A stretch of 63,705 bases of DNA, counting the filler, from Collodictyon triciliatum (lineage: Eukaryota), in the NCBI GenBank assembly GCA_043381765.1. It is 4 parts of 4 records of this genome, joined end to end, with 100 filler letters (N's around TTAATTAATTAA, not from the genome) between each part and the next. Parts side by side here need not be neighbours in the genome. Positions count along the whole stretch, not along the records: positions 43,312 to 54,511 come from JBHJMP010001140.1; positions 54,612 to 63,705 come from JBHJMP010001152.1; 2 more parts are not named here. One strand, written 5' to 3'. Position 1 is the first letter of the stretch, and each line of letters begins with the position of its first letter. This document shows positions 44,511-56,651 of this stretch, piece by piece. The position numbers and the translations under genes were made by a program. The notes under the pieces were generated by a model. That model did no database searches and was not told where the DNA came from. It saw nothing but the letters and a program-made list of their open reading frames with translations.

Positions 44511-46487
44511 CTGTCGAAACGAAAATAAGGTTTACGCTAAACTTAAGGAATGCGATTTTGATACAAAATAAAGAGGAATTTATTGACTAAGTAATCACAT
44601 CATAGGACATTAAGACAGATGAAGACAAGGCAGAAGGAATTAAATAATGGGCGGGACCGACGAAGAAGACAGAATTGTGCGCTTTTCTCGGACTGGCGAA
44701 TCAATATTGATATGCTGTTAAAGACTTGTCCCTAATCACCAGACCGCTCACAGACATGCTGAAGAAATCGGGAGAATTCAAATGGAAAGAAGCTCACTCA
44801 ACAGCCTTCGAAGAGATAAGGCTAAGTTGACCAGCATACCAGTGCTTAACCCCCCCTCCCCAGTTCCGAGCAAATCTCTCTCGAGAACATACGACGCCTC
44901 GGCCTCCGCAGCAGGGGCACCTTTGAGCCTAAAACTCGATGGACACGCACACCCCATAGAGATATATTCACGGAAGTTAAGCGAAAGCATAATAGAATCG
45001 AAAGATAAATCAGAGAAATTAATTAAGAGAGAACACAAGAAGGACTCTTATTTTGGAGGGTTATGGACGGCCTTGGCAGAAGGGAAAATCTCACCGACAC
45101 TAGAAAACCGAGTACAAAAATATTTAATCAGAGACAGTCTGATCTTTAAAGTCAAAGATGGGACACTATGTATACCCAAGAACGAGAAAATCATCAAGAC
45201 CATCATTTACAACAACCACTGTTCAGCCGTTGCTGGTCACTTTGGATTAAATAAAACATATGTACTGATATGATCAAATATTTCTGGTCAGGAATACACA
45301 GAACAATTAAAGAATACATTGTGTCATGTCGTAGTTGCCAAGAAGGAGATGCGACAATTAAAAAAACCGCAGAGTTTACCACAATCGATAGAAGCTCCTG
45401 CACAACTTCGGGGAGAAATTAAAATGAATTTATAACACATTTGCCGAAAACAAGGAACAGCAACGACTGTGTGGCAGTTTTTGTAGACCAATTGACAAAG
45501 TCCGCTCATTATACTGCGTGCAAAGAAATAGTATCCGCGTTAGAAATGGCAATTTTTTTGATAGCATAGTCAAGCTACATGGTCTACCAAGGAATATCAT
45601 CTCTGAAAGAGACAGCTGATTCACAAGTAGACTTTGGACATCAATCATAGAAGCTTAAAACGAGAAACTAGGGTTGTCCACCGCATCTTAATCACAAACA
45701 GGGAGACAAATAGAGATAACTAATGGCACAGTAGAAATAATGGTGAGAACATATGGCAACGAGAAACAAGATGATTGGGACATACTACTCCCACGATTAG
45801 AGTTCGTGTACAATAATTCAACAAACCCGGCGGTGAAAGTGACACCGTTTAATTTGGACAAAAGGCAGGATTCCATAGCTTTACAAACTCTAATTCAAAG
45901 AATAAGGGAAACAGATAAATTGACAGCAGATGAAATTATGGAGAATATCAACACAAGAGTACAAAATATGCAGAAATATGTATAACAGGCATATGTAGGT
46001 CAGACACACTACACGGATAGTAAAAGAAATTACGTAAAATTAACAGGGGATATATTACTCCTGAATGCTAATAAGTTGAGATGGATAATTAAAAAACGAC
46101 TCAAAGAAACTCCAAACCCGAGTCATAGGACCATTTAGAGCGGAAAAGGTGATATCCCAGGCGTGGTACAAATAAATATTGCCAAATAAGATGGAAATTC
46201 ATCCAGTCTTTCACATTAACCTACTAAAGAAGTAAACCAGTAGAAAAGATAACGGACAAGTAAGAGAGGGTATAGTTGAGATGGAAGATACTTGTGACTT
46301 CGAAATTCGAAAAGATATTAGGTAGAACAATAACTAAAGGAAAAGTCGAATACTTACAGGGAATGGAAAGGATACATGGAAGAAGGCAATGGGAAACCAC
46401 TAACAAACCAAGAGAATAGCATGGACTTAGTGAAGCAATTTGAAGAAGCAGTAGGGTTGCCGCTCGGGAAGGGGGGGGGGGGATAGT

Positions 46488-46745
46488 TGTAACAAACGCC
46501 CTTATACAACAGACTTTACATTTCTGGAACACATCTTACCAGGAAGATTTCGAGGGAGAACGCCACGTCAGCTTCGCAGAAGGAACGCGCAAGCGACCTA
46601 AATAAGGATGAACCACACCTAAGCGTCTACTCCAATACTTATGAGCCCCTCCTACGCCTAGCTGTGCCTATCTTTTACCTTTTCTCCTAGGGAGAACAAT
46701 AAAGCATCTTAGTCTTTCGAGACTCCAATATCCTCTCCTTAACCG
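46488..46745 (+). repeat. Putative 3' LTR
   Basis: Starts with TGTAACA just after the PPT and contains AATAAA at about 46698; right end uncertain and no second copy in the window. Confidence 0.55.
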
Positions 46746-49700
46746 TTTTTTTCTTAAATTATCCGAGTAATTGATAATGTGGAGACGGAGAAGGATACTG
46801 ACGAGGAAAGAGATATGCATGATGTCATCCAGCCATTTTTCAGGAATGAGTAGCTGTTTTAGTCCCTAGCTCATGAGACAGGAGTGAAAGATGGAGCAAG
46901 TCGAAGTTGGAGTGAGCCATCCTAGGGTCATTCGGGTTTTGCTTGCACTTTGTTTCATTCAAATAGGGGGTTTGCTGGACCATAAATCTGGCTTTGCTTT
47001 TTTGGTTCGCCGACTTTGATAAAGGAGATGGTTAAGTTCTTGTTATTCTCTTAGTGTAGGTTGAGGGTGGAGTTAGGGTTCGCGGTTGTTTTTTGATGTT
47101 CCAAAAATTTTTATCTGGAATTTCATGGCACTTTTCTTTCGTTTTCATGAAGCTCATTGAAAGAAGAGATAGTTTGGAAACTCTCATTGTCTTTATAAAA
47201 CAGAGAGAGAGAGATGCAATACGAATTATGTAGATATGAAATGTGTCATAGGAATTTAGAAATTTTGAACTCCACCAAGAAGAAGGGAGAAATAGTCAAA
47301 TAGATTCACAAAAAAAATTCTAAAAAAAACAATACCTTGAGTGGTGAATTCCATGATGATTTCTGATAGTATATGATACGACAGAAGGTTATATTCAGCT
47401 CTTAGGTTTGATGATGTGACCTGGAGAAAAATTTTAGACTGAAAAGGGGTACTCGATTGAACATATTCTGTAAAAGTACAAGTTTTTTATGTCGTCACTA
47501 CAGTCGATTTATGTGCGTATCTGTTGTGAGTCTTGCAGACTCTGTTGTTTCATGGTCTTGATGTCTTTGACTCATTTTCTATTTGTTTGATTTGTGAGTT
47601 TATTTCTTTTGCAAGGATTTAACCTGGGTTAGGGTGTTTGAAGCTAGTGCATGCTCTTTCAGAAAGCGTGTTGGAAAATTATTACACATAGCCGTAAATT
47701 TTGCAGGGTTTTGGTTCTTGCTACAGTAGCTCTACCACAGCCATGTGAAATAGGAGTTTTACCTTTTTTTTTTGAGCTCCAAAGGGGTCGGTTTGAACCA
47801 TCTTAGCTCCCTGCCAAGGAGTTGTGGCCATGTGTTCAACGGTAGTCGGTAAAGAACCATTGGGCTTTATGTTGTTTCGCGCATACTGATGCTGCTTATT
47901 GTATCTCTCAAACTTACTTGCTCTACCACCAGAAGCTTTTGGACGCTTTATGCTGTGCAGAATACAACCATATAAAGATAATATCTATCATTTAAGCGCA
48001 TTTGGATGAACTCTTTTCATATTTTTTAGATCTCAAGAAGAAGGTGAGCGCATGTGTGAGTCTGGTGGCCTTGTTCTTGTATTAAATGAATTGTTTGACA
48101 CATTGAAAAAAAATACGGTCTGCTCAGATGGATTTGACAGTGGCTCTTTTACTGGTCTCCATGTACTCATATGCAGCTCGGGGATGTTTTCAGCACGATA
48201 TTTGGAACTAGAATAACTGTCCGCAGCTTGAGAAGCCTCTGAAGAACTATGATTTATTATAAAAAAATCCCCCTTTTTTGGCTTTTGACTTTCAAAAGAC
48301 CTGTTACTGATGCAGTATCATAAATATAGGGTTAATTTTTTTTTAAAAAAAAAATTGCTCCGACTTCAAGAATAAATTGCGTCGATTTTTTTTAATAACA
48401 TAATGCGTAGCATTCTTTCGACTTTAAATTCAAATTTATAAAATTAAGGACACTGCAATTTGTTCCTCTGAAACATTTAATATCTCTTCACGGACTGAAA
48501 GGGCGTTTCTTGGCTTCATAAATCAAAATGGTACAGCTTAGTAACCACAAATTCATAGGAATCTTTCCTCAGAACCTAACTCTTGAGCTATGACTACGGT
48601 AGATTCATATACTACAAGCTATATTTCTGAAAATATTCTGTTTCATTTCGATATTAATGAAACAGGCAGACAGAATAGAAGTTATGGGCTATATATATTC
48701 TGATATACTGATATTTGATCATCGGCGATAATGTATTTGTATACATTTTTTAAAAAATTAACAACAATCATAGGTTGTTGAAAAAAGTAGTGAGTATTTC
48801 TTTTATTTGCTTTTAATATCCTGCTCTCATGGAGGATTTTGGAAATTTTGGTGAAGAGTCTCTTAAAATTTCGAGTTAAATTCACGAAATATTTTCGTTT
48901 TTTTTTCTTTATCTCAGAGTTTAGACAAAATCCTCAGAATTTAGCTATTTTATAGTGATTAGGTCATGTACCCATCAAGATGATAATATTATCTCATCAA
49001 GCCTCAAATCATCAAATTTTCAAGTAATGGTTATTTTTTGAAATTGTTTATTTTTTTTCAACAAATAAGGTTCTATTTGAGTTTGATACAATTTATCAAA
49101 GTTTCTTCTTGAAATATGACAGGTGCTGTCGTTTTCTTTGAGCTTCTATTATACAGGAAAAGCTGAAATATCATTCAAGGAAATGTTTTACAACCGAATG
49201 ATTGTACTTTCATTTGCTTTGTCTTGTGTTTCTTCAAATCTCTCCTACATTTGGGTTGAAATTCGACAGTGACTTTGAACATTAATGCCTCGAATATGCT
49301 TAATAAAATCACTTATATACGAATATATTGAAGGAATGAGCCTAATTAGAAGCGTTATTGCCTAAAAGGTATTAAGAAAGGTTCAATTCACCTGTTTTTA
49401 ATTTATTTGAATACATGAAAATTAGTTAAAAACCAGAGCTTGAGATCGCATTCAGCTCAACTTGTCGAGTAATTTTATTTTATTAGAATCTCTTTCAAAT
49501 ATAGAGTATTGACCTTATAATATATAATTTTTTGGGTGTTTTCATAATTAGTTCTATCCCAAACCCCAGCCACAAACGAGCAATTCCAAAGAAAATAAAT
49601 TTATTTGTCTATTTCGGTGCACAATATTGCATTAAATTCGACATGATTAGTTTGATTCTCGTCTTTGTGAGAATTTGAGGCAGCTTCATTATTTTCTTGT

Positions 49701-50963
49701 TGTTTGCAATTTGAAGTCTCATTTTTTTATCTTACGTTTTTTTTTCAAGTTGTCCTGGGTATATTTTTATGTTGTGTAAATGACTAAATTTTTCAAAATA
49801 TTCAATAATTACTATTCATTTTTAATTATGCGATTACAAATTCATACCCAGATAAAGGTTCGTGAAGTGCATAAAAAGGTTACCTTGTAACAATGGCCTC
49901 GTGGAGGAGGTAATTTCAGTTTATGTTGGTGTGATGGTATCTTTACTCTTCAACATTCTCAATAAAATCTAAAAATTTTACAATCTTAATGATTCACTCT
50001 GTTTGTGATATATTACTAATGAATTTACTATATATTTATGTTCCAGTGATTCATACAGACATTGGTTTGTATGTATGAAAAAGTGAACCAATTCAAAAAG
50101 AATCTGTTTATTGGTCTTCTGGGTTGTAGATGATTATATCGAATCATTAACTTTTAGCATTTTTGTGTAAAATTGAACATACGCACATTTTTTTCGAGTT
50201 ACTCTGATATCACCATGTTTTTACTGACCAATCGTTCATTTAAAATATTAGTTTTTTTTTCATTCCTAGTTTCATATTTGTGCGAGATGATAGAATTTAA
50301 AATATTGGTTTGTTAGATCGACTCCGGGCTTATTTTTGTGGACTGTATCTCCTTTATACTTCTTCCTTTCACCATCAATTCGACTAGTGTCTTTAAAATT
50401 ATAGAAAGAGATTCAGAAGGAGGTGATAAAATGAAGGAAAATGATTTGATATTCTTGGATAACATAGAGTCTTATCAATTCTTACATCTCTTTTGTTCAA
50501 AAAGGTAATGGGATGTTTCTTTTTTTAAATTTTTTTATTTCCTCGTGTAGACTAATCCTCTATTATGCGCTTGCTTCATGTTGATGGCGCTTAGTTCATG
50601 CTCTCAGTTCTGAGTTAATCATGTTAACTGGTTTTTTTTCGAAAGTATTCGTCAAAACCATGGTGTTGGAACTCAAGAAATTAAAGTTTACAATATTGAA
50701 CAAGATTTGGCCAAATTGATATATAATTGGGGTAGAGGAGATAGCAAAATTAAAATTCCAAATTGATTTATTTCCCTAACCCATTTGTTTACTTTGTGTT
50801 TTCTAATCTTTGCTAAAATAATTTATAGTATATTGTATGGAATACTCATTCATATCAAAGAATCCGTTGAAATACACCCATTCTCATTTTATAAGAAGCT
50901 TATAGTTATTTAAAGGCTTGATTCAGGTAAAAATTAATCGCATTACTGAATTTTCAAGCGCAC

Positions 50964-51020
50964 TTTTTTTTTGATTTCTTTATTCTTCCTTTCAATTTTG
51001 TGCGGGATGGTGGAGATGCT
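50964..51020 (-). mobile_element. Copy of the short retroposon 3'-end motif (may extend further right)
   Basis: TTTATTCTTCCTTTCAATTTTGTGCGGGATGGTGGA next to a poly(T) tract; no clear TSD. Confidence 0.6.
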
Positions 51021-51389
51021 GGTTTTGGGTCGCGCGCGCTCTTTTGATATATGAAGTGCTTAAGGGATTGGTATTGCTTTTATTAGGTACATGGAGATCT
51101 AAATCGTTTATTTTTTTTCATAGAGAGGCCTCAAAAATACAATTTTATTGTTTTTAGTAAAGATTTAATTTTTTTTGGAAACTAATCAGACCGAAATAAT
51201 TTTTTTTCTTTATTCGATTCAAGACATCGTAGGAAAAGATCATGCACTCTCTGTTAAATTGCATTCCGAGGTAAAAAAAATAGTCAAATATTCAAAGGAC
51301 AGCGTTGAAGGCAAGTCTACTTATTATTTTCAAGATCTTTTTTTTTTGTCGTTGCTCTTCGATCTCGGTTGGTTAATTCAAACATCCAT

Positions 51390-54258
51390 GGACTTCAGTG
51401 AGACCATGCGCGGTTTTGGCGACATTCAGATTCGTACAGGGTCAAAATTGCATCGAGAAACGAAACCTCCCAGTCGATATTTTGTTGTGGACATACCACG
51501 GTCAAAAAGTGCGATTGAGAACGAAATATCCAGAGATGAAGAAGGATTTCTCCGACGTCGGAGCAAGAAATGGCCTATTCTCTTTTTCTCAAACCGTATT
51601 AATATGCGCAAGCAACTGCATGTTGTAAAGAAATCGAGAAACCGCTACGAAAAAAAAAACGTGACACTTATGGTGGACAACCCTGCCATCAAACTCAGGA
51701 TCTCCTTCCCAAGAAAAGAAAACGCAGCCGCCTTCATTAAAGAGGAGACCTTTCCATCACCTCAATCACCATTACACCCCCATGCCAGCCAAAACTGTCA
51801 CAAATGATGCGCATCTGTCTAACATACCGCTGAGGGTCAGCTGGACTGATATTTTTAAGGGCCTGTAGTGAATACTTCACCCCAATCAAAGTCAACCGGT
51901 CAAAGCCTGGTGGGATATGCATGAATGATACACTCGTTACTTTTGACGAAGAACAAGAAAAATGGGGAAAATACATACCTTTGTCGTCATTCATGGTAGA
52001 CGCTATCGCATGGAGATATACGCTCTCAAAAAGTCTGAAATCCCATCAAATCTTTCCAAAAAATAAGAGAATAATACACAAGGTCGAACCATACAAAAAA
52101 AACAAAAAAAAAACTACTGTCAAGCCGATCACCAAAAAAACAGGTGACCACCAACAAAACGCCACCACTAACTTTTTTTTGCTTCAATACAAAAGAAGCC
52201 GACTTTGGCGCTGAAGACTGGCCAAGCGTGCAGGAATCGTCTGTTAAAAACAAATTCAGAGCCTAACAACAATGCCAAAGGCAACACGCGTCGTCTTCTA
52301 ATACCAGAAGGAGAAATCGTGGCAAGACATCCACGGATGAAGTGCTCCAAGTCTCAATCAAGAAAATGGTTCAGGGAACGGCCCCAAAATCAAGAAATGG
52401 ATATCGAAATGATGGACGAATCACCAGGAAATTTGCCTGAAAGTGCTTCATCAAGTTCTTCAATTAACATGGAGGAAGCAGTAGAAATCGTGGAATGGCT
52501 TCAAGGAAGAATTGGAGGAAACATCGCTAACCTCAAAGATTTCCAACCTCCTCAAGCCGATGATATCTCACCAAACTCTCCTTTAAATCATGGAGAGGAC
52601 TCCGAGGAAAGGGAAACCCAAGCAAACTCGGTAACAGAATCGAGAAACACCATAATGGAACCCAGCAAACCACATCCACTAACCTCCTTAGAGGTTATGG
52701 CTCCTGGAACCACCCAAGAGACTCCTTCTTCAGCAGGTGCTGTGCAATCCATAAGAAGCGACGTCTCAGACTCGGGATTGGATTAACAACAGTCCATCCA
52801 ACCTGTCGTCGTCATAGAAGATTCTGCCGAAGAAGAAAGTGAGTATCTTGAAGGTTCCGGAACGACGAATTACTCCTCAAGTACTGTTTGTGAAAACACT
52901 CCGACTGTCGAAACTCTTGCGACTCTTCAGCGAGAAACACCTTCCAAAAAAAAAAGAAGGAACGTAGACGAATATAAAACACTGGTTACTCATCCTGAAA
53001 TCACTGGCGCACCAAAAAAAAGACGGAAACTGTCGAAGATAAAGCCTCGCCCGATGAAAAGAGAATGAATCAGTCAAGTACACCACCGAAGGTAGCGAGC
53101 CAGAAAGCAAATCAGAATGAAAGTGGAAACATGGGTGGCCCTGCCTACTGCGTGGATGAAGGAGAAGAATTGGAAATGAGGGTTGCCGATCACCACCAGA
53201 GTGTATCTCCCAACACGCCAGCTACAAAGGGGATGCAGCCAAAAGACCAAGATCATCCGAAAAATCCTGGCCGAACCGCGAGCAATTATAACACCGGCCA
53301 AATGAAAGATAACTGGAGTAAACCATCCCACTCTGAGTTACCCAGCTCCAGCAGAGAGGGCCAATCACCGAATAATGCAGCCTCCAAAAGGCAATAGACT
53401 AACCATGTGTTTTAACTTTCTGTCGTGGAACATTAGGGGGATTAACAACCCCAAAAAAAGAAAAGAGGCCCTGAACACTGCTCTTTTCTATCATGCAGAC
53501 ATCATTTGCCTCCAAGAAACATGGCCCAGCCATGATAATCTAACAACAATGAAATATGGAAACGTCCACAAACGTGATCCTGTGACGATAATCAGCAGAG
53601 ACATGCAGGTTTAGCGATTCTATGCAAGAAATGCATAGCCAAACTCAATCCTCGCTTCAGAGAGATTATTCTTGGCCGCTGAGTAAGTCTCTATATCCAA
53701 TTTGACGGAGCTGACACTCGTATAATGACGACATACATGTCGCTCCAAACAGCAGGTTCAAATACTAGAATACATGAGTATGTGCTTGTCTCTAAGGAGA
53801 TGGATATTGCGAAACGTATCATCATCTGTGGAGACTTCGACGCTCTTATTGACACCAGCACCGAGTGGTCTGGGTCTTCGACACGCAATGATAAATCTTT
53901 CGTCGACTGGACAATCATGCAAAAGCTGAAAGACCACTAAAACACGCTCAATACTCACTCTCGAGGAGTGACGTGTAGAAGACATACAAAAAGCGGCTTC
54001 ATGTGGAACAGAATCGACCGCTTCCTCTGCTCAAGGGACTTGCATGCATGGTTCAAGAAACTTAAAACAGTCTATTCTGCGCTGTCCTACCACAGTGCTA
54101 TCCTGGCTAACATCGATTCAGCCGGTGGCTGTGAATGGCAGGCGAGGTATATAGACTGGAGGGAATACAACAACTCCAAGTCAATAGATGACATACAAAA
54201 CAAGCTCAAAACTTACTTCAACACCACAGGTGATGCATTAATTGAAGCGGAATGGCCT
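51390..54258 (+). mobile_element. Decayed L1/Tx1-like non-LTR retrotransposon: ORF1 plus AP-endonuclease of ORF2, 3' truncated
   Basis: APE motifs LSWNIRGIN, DIICLQET, IICGDFDA, RIDRFL and SYHSAI; upstream ORF1 is homologous to 2550-4090; frameshifts and stops. Confidence 0.88.
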
Positions 54259-54511
54259 TTAATTTTTTTCTTTTCAACAGTTTATTGAGAGAAAACAAAG
54301 TTGAGGAAACCGCCTTCGCCTCTTGGACAAAAATGAGCTGTGGACAAGACAGTGGAAACCCCCGGATTGTGTGGTTGGAGGTTTTGTGTTTTGGATGGAA
54401 AAAAAAGAAAAGAAAAAAAAAAGAAAAAGACAAGATAGAGAGGAGAGAAGGTGTTCTCACATGCAGACTATTCTACCCGAGGTGGTTCAAATCCAATGCG
54501 CGGTTTCTGGT

Positions 54512-54611
54512 NNNNNNNNNNNNNNNNNNNNNNNNNNNNNNNNNNNNNNNNNNNNTTAATTAATTAANNNNNNNNNNNNNNNNNNNNNNNNNNNNNNNNN
54601 NNNNNNNNNNN
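54512..54611. other. Artificial scaffold-joining spacer
   Basis: 44N-TTAATTAATTAA-44N. Confidence 0.95.
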
Positions 54612-54653
54612 ACTTTTCCTCTCTCTGCTTCGATGATTTTTTCTAAAAAAAAT

Positions 54654-54706
<53 letters not shown>

Positions 54707-54785
54707 AGTTATGATGGTGTGAAATAATTTTTGCAATTGAGAAGGTAGATATATTACGTGTTGGTTACATTCTTTCGATGTATAG

Positions 54786-56346
54786 TTCTCTCCTATTGTC
54801 AAAAAGTGCCATCATATACACCATGACCTACTCAAGACTAGAGATCCTGACCTGTACAAAAATCTTGAGAAATTGGGAATTGAACCCCAGCTATATGGAT
54901 TGTAAATCTTTGATTTTACTCAAGGCTTCTCTCACAAAAATACATTAGCATAGACAAAACTTAGCGATTCATAAATATTCAACTATATGAAAATAAACTC
55001 ACTAAGGTTCCTTTTAAAATGCCCTCTTATCTAACGAATGTGATTCATCAATACAGGCGGTGGATACGTCTTTTGTTTGGGAGAGAATTTTCTCTTCAAG
55101 GACTTCTTGTTGTGTGGGATTTTTTGTTTGCTGACGACGTTTCTGCCACTGTTGACTACATGTGTGTCGCTATGCTTATTTACATAAGAAATGAAAGTAT
55201 GTATATTGATTCACAAATATGTTTAATATATACGTGATGCTTTTATTTAAAATTGAGGTATTATATTATATACATCATACATACTCTTTTATTTTTCTAT
55301 GCCATTTGTCCATTTCCATTTCCATTCTAATTAAATTTAACCTACGAAAAGTTATCGGACAGGAATACATATCAGCCCTGAAGCATTTATTCACATACCC
55401 TGAGGTAGTAGACGTTCATCAAATCACACAGCATGCCGTGCGACTTCGTGAGTATAGGAGGAGTAGTATGTTCAGCTTCCAAAACCCAATCCCAAGTCCA
55501 CGATATTCCTTCGATTCATTAATTGGCAACTCCAGCCAAAAGCATCATAACGGCGACGATGCACCCGAAGCATCGACACCCAGAGGAGAAAAGCCAGAGC
55601 AGAAGTCGGGAATGAAGAAACATGTATTATTGGTACCCTATCTAAAGCTGATTGCACTCCCCATTATCTTATTTTCCTTATTATTTTTTTTTCATCTCCT
55701 TTCCAGGTAAACAACTAATCACCAATCACGTTCAACTCAAGTAACGATTTCTTATTAGCTCGGTATTGGGCGCTTAACTTCGGGAAAAAAGAAAAAAGAT
55801 GATGAAGAATTTAAGGTTTCATTTAAATTCTCTCACATAACACAATATACCATCCTAAAAAAATATATATAACGGGTATTGACATGGCAATTTAGGCCAT
55901 TGTCGCTGAAAATCAAAGACTTGAGAGGACGCAAGAGAAGACTGCACACCGCTTACAACTAATGGTCACTACAATAGAAGCAGAGCTGAACGAAAAATAG
56001 TTTGTTTTTCTCCTCTGCTTTATTAAAATATACCCTGAAACATAAAAAAAAAAGGTGTTATGGAATGCTAAAATGTTTTATGCGTATGGATAGCAAAAGC
56101 CCCCATCTTATCGATGTTGGCAAACTTCTTTGCGCCGTAGCAGAACTGAAAAGAGTCAAGAGCATCCTCGCTAAAGTAAGAGTTTTTTTTTCATTCTGGG
56201 AGCCTTGTGCCCGTTTGAAGAGCCAGTTTTAATACTTACTCTAACGGTAACAACAAAACAAACACAAAAAATAGGAGATAGATATTCCCTCTGACGATGA
56301 GACTTTTGGCGAGTTATGTGATTTCGAGAAAGGCTACGCAGAATAA
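54786..56346 (+). CDS. TBC1D5: Rab GAP, TBC1D5-like, C-terminal half
   Basis: LLKTRDPDLYKNLEKLGIEPQLYGL|RWIRLLFGREFSLQGLLVVWDFLFAD...VDYMCVAMLIYIR and C-terminal VAELKRVKSIL. Confidence 0.85.
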
Positions 56347-56651
56347 ACGCTGCAAACAAACTAAAGAAAAGAAAAGAAAAGAAAAACCATTTTATACATT
56401 AAAAAAAAAAAAACGACAAGAATCTTACAGAGTGTACATATCTAAAGATTTCTTTGTACAATTCATTATTTTTTTTAACAATTTTTAATATTTTTATTTC
56501 TGATTTTCAGTTTAGTTTCCTGGGATTAAGATGGCATGCATGTCTGGGGGTTACCTCAGCGCCTATTCCTAAAAATGATTTTTATTATTACTATTATTAT
56601 AGGCTTTCGTCAAATGGTTTGGTGTCAAAAGTTTATGATACAAATCGATTA

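Larger units (their letters stand above)
43570..46745 (+). mobile_element. Decayed Ty3/Gypsy (chromovirus-like) LTR retrotransposon
   Basis: Gag-like QGVRPMQSYVKE; RT end ENKVYAKLKEC; connection AFLGLA and FKWKEAH; RNase H YDAS and HPIEIYSRKLS; integrase zinc finger H...AGHFG...CRSCQ; chromodomain-like EKILG...GKVEYL; polypurine tract 46466-46482; TGTAACA LTR start at 46488. Many stops and frameshifts. Confidence 0.85.

Noticed and set aside
54484-54494. B-box or T-loop-like GGTTCAAATCC
   Set aside because: No cloverleaf, acceptor stem or A-box; too weak to call a tRNA or SINE
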